Shown here piece by piece: positions 40,658 to 50,300 of a stretch of 64,000 bases of DNA. The notes under the pieces were generated by a model. The model was not told the DNA's origin, ran no database searches, and saw only the letters and a program-made list of their open reading frames with translations. The stretch comes from Promethearchaeota archaeon (GTDB taxonomy: Archaea; Asgardarchaeota; Lokiarchaeia; Sigyniarchaeales; SOKP01), in assembly GCA_048941185.1 (NCBI GenBank), contig JBHLNW010000003.1, forward strand, positions 31,238 to 95,237, in the 5' to 3' direction. The position numbers were made by a program, and so were the translations under genes. Every line of letters starts with the position of its first letter. Positions within the stretch are counted from its first letter, which is position 1.

Positions 40658-41518
40658 ATTAGATCAAGTAAATTAATGCCTTTAGAAGAAGCTATTTCAA
40701 GTTATGTTAATGATGGAGATCTTGTAGGATTTGGTGGTTTATCTTTTTGGAGAAAACCAATTAGTGCTTGTAGAGAGATAATTAGACAAGAAAAAAAAGA
40801 TTTGATATTATGTACATTTGTAGGTGGAATAGAAATAGATATGCTCATAGCTGGGAATTGTGCCTTAGAAGTAAGAAGTTGTTTTGTAGGGATGGAAATT
40901 TTTGGGATGGCTCCACACTTCAGAAAAGCTGTAGAATCTGGTTTGATTAAAATATCTGAAGAAAGCGAAGCAACAATTGCTTTAGGATTAAGAGCATCTT
41001 ATTTAAAAGTTCCTTTTATGCCTTTAAAAGGAATCATTGGAACAGATATGCCTAAAGTAAGGAATGATATTAAACAAATTGTTGATCCTCTTGGTTCAGG
41101 AACTCAAGTTATGGCAGTACCAAAGATAGATTTAGACGTTGCAATAATTCATGTGCCTTACGCTGATGAATTTGGGAATGGTAATATTGCTGGAGCAGTA
41201 TGGATGGATGCTGATATGGCAAAAACTGCAAAAAAGACAATTATTGTATGTGAAAAAGTAGTAGAAACAGAAGATATCCGCTATTTGCCAGGAAAAGCAC
41301 AATTACCAATCCAAACTACAAGTGCAGTTGTTAAAATGCCTTTTGGGGCTCATCCAACCTCATGCTATCCGATTTATACATTTGATCCTTTGCATATTCA
41401 ATGTTATTTAAAAACTAGTTTTGAAGAATATAAGAAGAAATTCATAATAGACAAAACACCAACTCAATATTTAGAGGAAGTAGGTGGAATTCAAACTATT
41501 TTTAATATTTTATTATAG
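40658..41518 (+). CDS. Family I CoA-transferase-like alpha subunit (GctA/IpdA-like)
   Basis: (SK)LMPLEEAI..V.DGD.VGFGG, GLRA...VPFMP, DVAIIHVPYADEFGN, PFGAHPTSC. The start is either ATT 40658 (SD-spaced) or ATG 40676. Confidence 0.85.
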   Translation: MRSSKLMPLEEAISSYVNDGDLVGFGGLSFWRKPISACREIIRQEKKDLILCTFVGGIEIDMLIAGNCALEVRSCFVGMEIFGMAPHFRKAVESGLIKISEESEATIALGLRASYLKVPFMPLKGIIGTDMPKVRNDIKQIVDPLGSGTQVMAVPKIDLDVAIIHVPYADEFGNGNIAGAVWMDADMAKTAKKTIIVCEKVVETEDIRYLPGKAQLPIQTTSAVVKMPFGAHPTSCYPIYTFDPLHIQCYLKTSFEEYKKKFIIDKTPTQYLEEVGGIQTIFNILL

Positions 41519-41530
41519 GAGGGAAATAAT

Positions 41531-42409
41531 ATGAGTGAATATTCGAAGGATTATACTGTTGATGAAATAATGACTGTCCTAATGTCAAGGGAAGTCAGAA
41601 ATGATGATGTGATGATCGTTGGAGTTGCCACACCAATGGTATGGGCAGCTTTCACATTGGCAAAGCTAAATCATGCACCTGATGCGATATATCATTACAT
41701 TATGGGAAATACTTTTGTGATGGAACCTCGACAAGTGTCTTTACTATATCTTGAAATGAATACTGCAAGAGCTTATCGGTTTCAAGATAGCGTAGAATGT
41801 ACTTTAGAATCCCTTCCATCAGAAAAATTAACTACTATAGAATTCTTCAGACCAGCACAGATTGATCAATATGGAAACAGTAATAATATCTGCATAGGAG
41901 ATTGGAATAATCCAAAAATAAGGCTTCCTGGAGCCGCAGGTATATTTGATTTTAGCATGTTCTATTCTCGTGGCTCTTTTCTTTATACACCCAGACATGA
42001 TAAAAGAACATTTGTGCCAACAGAAAAATTGTCTTTCATTTCTGGTGTTGGATTTCCTGGGGGAAAGCCCTCAATATGTGGTGGTTCAGGCCCACAATGC
42101 GTCATTACCAATCTTGCTTATTTAGATTTTGATGAAAAAACAAAAAAGATGAGATTAAATTCAATCTATCCTGGTATTGAACTTGAAACTGTAAAGAATT
42201 CAACAGGATTCGATTTGGTAATACCTAAAAATTTATTAGAGACTATGCCTCCTACTAAAGAAGAACTTGATTTATTAAGGAATAAGGTTGATCCATTAAG
42301 TATAAGAAAATTAGAAGTATTATCTGGCAAAGAACGTGAAGATTTATTAAATGAAATCATCCAAAAGGAATTGATTATGGAAAATAAATTTCCCAAATTA
42401 TTAATCTAA
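41531..42409 (+). CDS. Family I CoA-transferase-like beta subunit (GctB/IpdB-like)
   Basis: YTVDEIM..., AQIDQYGNSN, RLPGAAG, VITNLA, MRL.SI.PG....V...TGF, PPT.EEL.LLR..VDP; GGAGG SD. Confidence 0.88.
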   Translation: MSEYSKDYTVDEIMTVLMSREVRNDDVMIVGVATPMVWAAFTLAKLNHAPDAIYHYIMGNTFVMEPRQVSLLYLEMNTARAYRFQDSVECTLESLPSEKLTTIEFFRPAQIDQYGNSNNICIGDWNNPKIRLPGAAGIFDFSMFYSRGSFLYTPRHDKRTFVPTEKLSFISGVGFPGGKPSICGGSGPQCVITNLAYLDFDEKTKKMRLNSIYPGIELETVKNSTGFDLVIPKNLLETMPPTKEELDLLRNKVDPLSIRKLEVLSGKEREDLLNEIIQKELIMENKFPKLLI

Positions 42410-42570
42410 TTTATTTTAAATTATCTAAAGTATAAGATTGTATACTCAAAATTCAAATCTTATTAAAAAGTAAAAAAATATAAATTGAATTATCTGATTA
42501 TTAATCATTCTTAAACTTAATGTAATAGAATTTATGGGTAAGAAATTCGCGAAAATATTAAAACAAAGCA

Positions 42571-45500
42571 ATGATGGGCGAATCTGAAGATATATTATTA
42601 GAAAAAGCAAAATTTGAAGAAAAAACTTATAATTGGAAAGAAGCAGCGGTTGTATACGAAAAGCTAGTAAAAGAGTATACAAGAGCAAACTTATTAGATA
42701 AAGCAGCAGTTCTTTATAAAAGGCTTGGTTTTGTTAATTCGCAAGCAGCTGATACGGTAGGGACAACAGAGCAGTATATTTCACTGAAAAGTAAAGCAAC
42801 AATGAAATATAGGGAAGCAGGTAACCTGTTTAAAAGTATCGGAATTAAAGCTGAAGAATTAGAATGTTATGGTGAAGCTCTCTATGAAGAAGGATGTACT
42901 AGCACTTCAATTAATACAGGTGAAAAAGAATTTAAAAATTCTCTAGAATTTTTCATCCAAGCAAGTGAACTATTCTCTAATAAGGGAGATGAGGAAGGCT
43001 TTACAAGAAATATTATTAGATCTGCAATGTGTATGCATAATTTAATGAAATATGCTAAGAATCCTAAAGAATTGGAAAATATAATTGATGATGGGACAGA
43101 TTATGCAGAAAAAGCATGGAAGTTTTCAAAAAAGTTAAACCGTTTGAATTATCTAATTGATTCTCTTTACGCTATGATTAATATAAGCATCCATAATTGC
43201 TTTCTAGAAGAAATGCCAACTTTTTATAATTTGGATCAAGGAAAAACATTAGCTTTTGATTTTAAAAAGTGGTTCAATAGAGCAAAGATGGCATTTGAGC
43301 TCACAAAAGATCAAAGCAATTTAAAGATTCATGGAATTATTAATTTTATCTTAGGTTTTCTTTACTTCTATTATGGTTTTTTTCTCGCTGAAAATATAAG
43401 GGAGCAGAATCACTACATTGAAGAAGGTTTAATTTTATGTGAAAAGGGATTAGACTTTATAAGAAAGACAAAGGATAATGGTATTATTACATTAATCATA
43501 TTCTGGTTGAATTGGTGTGCGGTTATTGGTGGAAGAATTAATTATGTCCAGAAAAGGATTATTCAGGACATTAAAGAAATAAAAGAAGCTGGAAAGGTAT
43601 ATTCTAACTTATTTAGTTTTTGGAATTTTTATAGCAATTTCTTACCTGCTCTTTACTACACAAATATTGCTCAGAGAAGCTTTTTCGGTCCTGAGCAAAG
43701 AGAATTTTACGCCAAAGAAGCCTTAAACTATGCTAAAGCTTCTCATAACAATATAGCTTTTAAGCCTTTTAGTGTCTGGGCATATCAAATATTAACTTGG
43801 TCTTACTCACAGTTAGTTTATCTTGCTAAAAATGAGGAAGATAGGAGTAAATATGCAAAAAGTATGGTTGAGGATGCAGAGAATGCAAATAAAGTTGCAT
43901 CTGAGTATGAAAAAGGGTTTAGTAGAACTTCTGGATATTCTGCATTGTATAGATCGTTCAAGACTCTAGCTGACGTTGCTCAGAATAAAGAAAACAAAAT
44001 TAAAATGTTAAGATCTGCTGTTGATGCTGCTGATAATTATTTAGACCACCCTGTAGAATCTCGAACAGGATTTATTGCAGCAAAGATACGTTTAGGGCTC
44101 CTTTATGAAGAATTGGGAATTATTTCTAATGAAAAGTCATATTTAATAAAAGCAAAAGAAGTATATCTGAATGCAATAGAGGATAGCTTAAATAGGGGAC
44201 ATATTTCCTATGCAGCAGCTAGTCACGAATATATTGCTCGTATCGAGGATCGATTAGGGAATTATAAAGCTTCAGCAGAATATTATGATAAAGCACAAAA
44301 AGATTATCAAGAATCATTAAGCTTTATAGAATATAAATTATTAAAAGACAGAATTCATGAGAAAAAGAATTATTCATTAGCTTGGAAATTAATTGAGAAT
44401 GCTAAGGCATATCATAAAAAGGAAGATCATTCAGAAGCAAAGAAATTTTATGAAGAGGCAAATGAATTATTAAGTGGTTTATCAAAATATAACTATGAAG
44501 CACCTTATTATTTTGCTTGGACATTATTGGAAGAAGCAGAATTACTTAGCAAACAAGAGAATCATAATAAAGCAATAATGCAATATGAACATACTAAAAT
44601 GAATTTTTATGAAGCAATTACATTATTAGAATCAACTCTTGATAAGACTAAAGAAAAATTAGAAATTGAAAGGATTAAAAAACTTGCTAAAGTAGCTAGA
44701 GTAAGAATGAACTATTGTTCTGCAAGAATTAATCTTGAAAAAGCAAGATTATTAGAAAAGCAAGGAGATAACCTAGCTGCTGCTGAAAACTTTGCAACTG
44801 CGGCCTCCATATTTAAGAATCTTTGGGATGTATTTAAAACCGAAAGTGAGAGAGTTGAGCTCAAAGCAATTTATTACCTTTGCCGAGCATGGGAAACTAT
44901 GGCACTAGCAGAAAAGTATGAAGACTCAAAAAGATTTGCACAAGCCTCAGATCTATTTAAAAATGCTAGTGGGATTTTTATTGAGAGTAAATTAAAACTA
45001 TTAGCATCAGGTAATTCATCTTTTTGTAAAGCTTTAGAATTAGGATGCAAATTTGACAAATCTCTTGAAATGGAATTCAAAGAAGGATTATACCCAAAAG
45101 TTAAGATACTCCTAAGAGCCGCAGCCTCTTCTTATAGAAAAGGAGGCTTTGAAAGTGGAGCAGATTGGGCATTAGCAACTTCAATTTATTTTGATGCCGC
45201 TTGGTATATAATAAAAGCAGATATGGAAACTAGTCTTGAGGAAAAGAAAAAGCTATTAGAAATAGCTAGTAAGCTTTTGAAGTCAGCATCAGAACTTTTT
45301 GAAAAAGCAGATTATAAACATAAGAAGAATGAGGTATTAGATCGACTTGAATCATTGAAAAAAGAAGATAAAATTATTGTTTCTGCATTAAATACTATAA
45401 AAAAACCATCAATGTCTAGCAGTACATTAGGAATTATAGCACCAGCATGTCCATCAGAAACTAGTTCGCCTTCAAAATTAAGTGAAATTCGTCAATTTAC

Positions 45501-46416
45501 AGAGGAAGAAACTAAGGGTGTTGAGAGGAAAAGTGCTCAGAGGAAATATAAAATTATTTATAAAGATCTATTAAAAGAATATCCAAAAATCCAAAGCAGA
45601 GAATGTAGAATTGGAATTGCTCAAATAGGGATTTCAAAAACTGGTGATCTTCTAAATGACTTATATGAAGTGAAATCTACAGGTCTTTTAGGTATTAAAG
45701 ATGAAAAAATAGAATATGTTAAATCAATAGTAAAAAAAATAATTAAAAAAGCGAATAAGAGTAATGTAGATGTTTTAATCTTTCCTGAAATGACTATTGA
45801 TCTAAATTACATGGATTTTCTAGAGGATTTATCAAATTTATCTAAAATTCATAGCATGTATATTATTCCTGGATCTTACCACGACACAGCGACATATAGA
45901 AATATTAGCATGGTAATTGGACCAGAAGGGATCCTCTGGGAACAAGAAAAACATATACCTGCTATAATGCATATTAACGGAAATAAAATTAAAGAAGCAA
46001 TAAAGGGAAATTCTCTACCTAAAAAGACAATAGTGTGCAATACAGAGTTTGGTAGAATTGTTATAGTTATATGTCGCGATTTCCTGGATATGGATTTGAG
46101 AGTGGAATTGAAAAATTTTGAACCACCAGTGGATATTGTAATTAATCCGGCATTCACTCCTGTTACTGCTGATTTTAAAGCAGCTCATTTTGATGCACGC
46201 AGATCTATCTATGCATATTGCTTCTTTGCAAATGTTGCTGAATTTGGAGATTCACTAATTTATACTCCTGAAAAAGATCGTACTGAAAGGAGAATTCCTG
46301 CAAAACAAGAGGGTCTAATATTTAAAGATATTGATCTCTTCAAATTGCGCTCTGAACGAAAAAAATGGGAAAAGAAACAGAAGAATGAAACAAAATTCAT
46401 TCAAAGTACAAGATAG
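42571..46416 (+). CDS. Large TPR/SNAP-like helical-repeat protein fused to a C-terminal carbon-nitrogen hydrolase (nitrilase-fold) domain
   Basis: About 950 aa of A/Y/L-patterned helical repeats, then IGIAQI, VLIFPEM (Glu), QEKHIP (Lys), VICRDF (Cys), INPAFT: an intact E-K-C triad. Confidence 0.85.
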   Translation: MMGESEDILLEKAKFEEKTYNWKEAAVVYEKLVKEYTRANLLDKAAVLYKRLGFVNSQAADTVGTTEQYISLKSKATMKYREAGNLFKSIGIKAEELECYGEALYEEGCTSTSINTGEKEFKNSLEFFIQASELFSNKGDEEGFTRNIIRSAMCMHNLMKYAKNPKELENIIDDGTDYAEKAWKFSKKLNRLNYLIDSLYAMINISIHNCFLEEMPTFYNLDQGKTLAFDFKKWFNRAKMAFELTKDQSNLKIHGIINFILGFLYFYYGFFLAENIREQNHYIEEGLILCEKGLDFIRKTKDNGIITLIIFWLNWCAVIGGRINYVQKRIIQDIKEIKEAGKVYSNLFSFWNFYSNFLPALYYTNIAQRSFFGPEQREFYAKEALNYAKASHNNIAFKPFSVWAYQILTWSYSQLVYLAKNEEDRSKYAKSMVEDAENANKVASEYEKGFSRTSGYSALYRSFKTLADVAQNKENKIKMLRSAVDAADNYLDHPVESRTGFIAAKIRLGLLYEELGIISNEKSYLIKAKEVYLNAIEDSLNRGHISYAAASHEYIARIEDRLGNYKASAEYYDKAQKDYQESLSFIEYKLLKDRIHEKKNYSLAWKLIENAKAYHKKEDHSEAKKFYEEANELLSGLSKYNYEAPYYFAWTLLEEAELLSKQENHNKAIMQYEHTKMNFYEAITLLESTLDKTKEKLEIERIKKLAKVARVRMNYCSARINLEKARLLEKQGDNLAAAENFATAASIFKNLWDVFKTESERVELKAIYYLCRAWETMALAEKYEDSKRFAQASDLFKNASGIFIESKLKLLASGNSSFCKALELGCKFDKSLEMEFKEGLYPKVKILLRAAASSYRKGGFESGADWALATSIYFDAAWYIIKADMETSLEEKKKLLEIASKLLKSASELFEKADYKHKKNEVLDRLESLKKEDKIIVSALNTIKKPSMSSSTLGIIAPACPSETSSPSKLSEIRQFTEEETKGVERKSAQRKYKIIYKDLLKEYPKIQSRECRIGIAQIGISKTGDLLNDLYEVKSTGLLGIKDEKIEYVKSIVKKIIKKANKSNVDVLIFPEMTIDLNYMDFLEDLSNLSKIHSMYIIPGSYHDTATYRNISMVIGPEGILWEQEKHIPAIMHINGNKIKEAIKGNSLPKKTIVCNTEFGRIVIVICRDFLDMDLRVELKNFEPPVDIVINPAFTPVTADFKAAHFDARRSIYAYCFFANVAEFGDSLIYTPEKDRTERRIPAKQEGLIFKDIDLFKLRSERKKWEKKQKNETKFIQSTR

Positions 46417-46426
46417 TCTTGTCTTT

Positions 46427-46627
46427 TTATTTATAATTAACTTTCTTTACATATAACTCTATTTCGCGATTAATTTTTTCAAGTATTATAAAATCCAGCT
46501 TAACTAATTTATCAATATCATATTTAACAGAACTTGTTCTCATATTTAATTTCCTAGATATCCTTACTGAATTAATACCGGGATTATCTTCAATTAAATT
46601 CAAAATTTTTAGACTAATTTTTGACAA
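46427..46627 (-). pseudogene. Winged-HTH (ArsR/MarR-like) fragment or very small regulator
   Basis: KILNLIEDNPGINSVRISRKLNMRTSSVKYDIDKLVK is a wHTH pattern. TTG start with no SD; abuts a rearrangement junction. Confidence 0.5.
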
Positions 46628-46631
46628 ACAC

Positions 46632-46654
46632 GCCTTTAATTACCAATTAAAGGC
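46632..46654. repeat. Perfect 10-bp inverted repeat (hairpin) at the junction with the duplicated gene fragment
   Basis: GCCTTTAATT-ACC-AATTAAAGGC. Confidence 0.7.
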
Positions 46655-47111
46655 TGCAGGTATTCTTGATTTTAGTATGTTTTATTCTCATGGTTCTTTT
46701 CTTTATACTCCAAGACATGATAAAAGAACTTTTGTTCCTACAGAAAATGTGGGATTTTCTGATGGGAAGCCTTCTATATGTGGAGGTTCAGGTCCTCAAT
46801 ATGTTATAACCAATATTGGATATTTAGATTTTGAAGAAAATAGTAAGCGTATTAGACTTTCTTCAATTCATCCAGGAATTAATATAGATCAAGTAAACGA
46901 ATCAACCGGCTTTGAGTTAATTATACCAAACAATCTAAAAGAAACACACCCTCCCACTGAGAAAGAGCTTAAACTACTTCGAGAAAAAGTTGATCCCCTA
47001 AAAATAAGAAAATTGGAAGTTCTTGCTGGAAAGGATCGCGAAGAATTAATCAAGACTATTATTCAAAAGGAATTGGAGCTGAAATGCAAGTATCCAAAAT
47101 TACTATCATAA
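46653..47111 (+). pseudogene. 5'-truncated second copy of the CoA-transferase beta subunit 3' half
   Basis: Aligns to 41933-42409 from AAGI.DFSMFY to the stop codon. About 70% aa identity by manual alignment, a 6-codon deletion, and no N-terminal half. Confidence 0.85.
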
Positions 47112-47383
47112 AGATCTCAAAAAACCAACTATTTTTTTTTTGATTTCAACGACGAAAAATAATCATATTGACAAGAATAGATTACAATTTTTTTTGAAAT
47201 GGTTTTTCTTAATCATTTTTTTAAGAAAATTACTTTTTGTGGTATAAAAAAACTGTTTTTAAAAATTTTTGCTAGCTTATTTACAATTTCGTATAACTGT
47301 CAATATTAAAACTCTCGATAGATATTTATATCAAAAAATAATCTCTTTAAATGTATTTTAATATACTTGAAGAGGGCAATTTA

Positions 47384-50300
47384 ATGAGAAAACTATCTAG
47401 AAAAGATCTAATTGTATTTTCATTAATTTTTATATTTAGTATTCAAGGTTGGCATTCACTTAACTATGTCACTTCCTGTTATACTAGCGGGATTAGTAAT
47501 TTAACAATATCATCAGATGATCCATTCTTTGGGGATGAGCCGATTAGTGCAGATAAAAATGTTACTTTACATTTAACTGATCAATTTTCTATAAAAGGGT
47601 TAGCTCATAAGTATATTGGAAGAGTATTTCAAACTCAAATCCACTTAAAAATCTTTGATCCAAATGAAAAACTTACTTATTCGGAGATGAAATATCTCCC
47701 GCATAAAAGAAAAGTAAATTTTGAATTTAATAATATCGCATTAAGCCCTAACCTTTTTAAAGTAACAGGAATGTATAGAGTAAAGTTATACTTGACCTTT
47801 AATTGGGGTGGAATTATCAAAGTAAGCAAAATTAATACTACATACTTCAAATTAGAGCGAGAAATTGTCGATTTATCTTGTTATTTTATTGATAATATTT
47901 ATTTTCAAACTGAGACAACACCTTATCATCATGAAATTTATATCTACGGCTCAGCTGAAGAAGCTGGGGAACCTGAAAATCTTTTAATAAATGAAAATGT
48001 AAAATTGTATTGGACAGAGCCAAATGGAACAGACACTCTTGTTGGTAAATTTTCTACTAACGAATTTGGTTCATTTAACACATCAATTTCAAGAAAACAT
48101 GTATTACACTATAATTATATGAATTGCTATTTAAAATTCGAAGAGACACCCACTTACCAGCCTGCTGATAGTAGATATCCTAGCCAATTCCTAATGAAAG
48201 AAGAAGGAAATACCCATATCATTAAGAATGCAAATGAAGCTGGAATTAGTGATTTTGATGTTCCTGAATCTTATGGATTTCCATCAAGAATTACATTATC
48301 CAATAAAGAACACAGTATTTGGTCTCCAAATGGAGATGATAATGATATCGAAAATTGGAATTTCAGAATAAATCCATTTGGTAATCCAGAGCTTAATACT
48401 ATTGGATATAACGGTGAGAATACGTTTGATGGTTACGATTATTGGATATCAAATACCAATGGAATTATAAAAAATCAGAGTGGCTTTCAAATGATTGATT
48501 CTTCATATCGTAACAAAATCATCCCTTTTGATGTTGAAATTCTTTCTGGATCTATATCAGTCGAGCAAAATTTAAACGATCTAGTGATAAATAATAATGA
48601 AGGAATAAGATTCTGTCCTGAAGAGATGACTTCTTTAAATTTAACATTCTATGAAAGTAAAATCAGATATCTATTCTCATCTAATTTCTCTCAAAACCAA
48701 ATAGAGAACTTAAAATTAGCTTATTATTTTAATGTAAATGATATTCAAGAATTAAAATCTTTCTCAATTACTCTTTTTGATGGAATTCATTCTATTGATT
48801 TGATAGAGAATAGTAACAAATCACTAGATTTGGCCAAAATTATAGACATTACACAATATAATCTTGATATTTCAAGATTTTATTTAGAAGTCTTTTTTAA
48901 TTATAATAAATTAATCGGAGAGGAATCGTTATGTGATGTTCTATATTTGGAACTTAATCCTATTGATTCTTCATCAAATATTCTTAAGTGGAATGATGTT
49001 GAAGGTACTAATAATAAATCTATAAGTTTTCAATCAATAGGGGGGCTTGAGGATGACATTATTACATATCATCTAGCGAGTGAGGTATATATTCCTGATG
49101 TACCATTTTACAATTTCGAAAATTCTATCTTTTCAATAAGCTTAACTTGTGAAAAATTAGGAATATTTGAAATTGAATTAGGTCTAAATATTACTTTAGC
49201 AGAATCTGAACAAAATTTTCTTATTCCATTATGGAATTCTTTTCCTGAAAATAGAATAGATGATAAGCTCTTCTTAAGTTATGATATAACTTCATTAATC
49301 AAAGATTTACAAGAGAAACTATTTTATCTTGGCTTTTATGCAAAACTTGATGGATTAGAGTTAGGAGAAGATTTTATCTGTGATTTATTGGATATAACTC
49401 TAACAGCTGACTTTCTAAGAAAAGAAAATTCTCCCTCAGTAATTGAACACTACAATGAAGATTTTGAATATAGTGAGGAAATTTATTATCCTTACGAAGT
49501 AGATTATGATTTCGCTGCTACTGAATTATTTTTAAACAATAATATCAACGAAACACTTGACTACATGTGGGGATCCACTTACCAGCATTATATGGAAAAT
49601 ATTAATGATAGTTACTTGATAAATAACGGGAATATTCAAATTAAAGATACTAATAATGACTTAATTGATGACTACATTCTTAATCCATCTCAAATAAATG
49701 TACCTTTTGACCCGTTACCTGAAATTATTGCATTGAAGGACAACTTATCTGTAGAAGCTACCGGTGATATTAGTAAAGAGGTCTTTTTAGCAAATGACAA
49801 TTTGAACCAATCATTTTATTTTAGGCACAATAATGGTTCAATAGTTCATACTGTGACAATATCAAATTCGTTATACGAATTCTCAATTAATCAATCAAAT
49901 CAAATTCATAAGAATAATTATTCTGTTTTAGATCCTCTAAGCTACATAATTATATCATTACCAGTTAATCGTGAAATTCGCAATATAGATTTATCCTCAG
50001 GAATAATGGCTAGATTAGAATTCTTGAGAGGAAATCTTGCTCCAAAGGCAGTAGTGACTCAAGAGATATATAATTTGAATTTACAATACATAGACGAAAT
50101 TAATTTTAGTAATTATAATTATTTTGATTATAATCCAGTAGCGAATTTTGATATAAAGAGATTTACTATTCAATTTGAGGCTAATGATAATTCAACTAAA
50201 GAAGAAATTAATATCAATAATGAATATATTCATGCTATCGGAAATAATCGAGATTTTATTACATTTCGGTTATATTTTAATCCTGATGATTATATTGATT

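Noticed and set aside
321-46157. Many short track ORFs overlapping larger genes (e.g. 321-608, 3269-3556, 4205-4525, 7338-8170, 11504-11809, 18830-19597, 21308-21762, 31062-31298, 37542-38396, 42166-42688, 44874-46157)
   Set aside because: They are antisense or alternate-frame shadows of well-supported genes, with S/F/I/L-biased composition and no motifs.
42571-46416. RT-nitrilase (DRT-type) defence system
   Set aside because: There is no reverse transcriptase (YxDD) domain in this gene or its neighbours.
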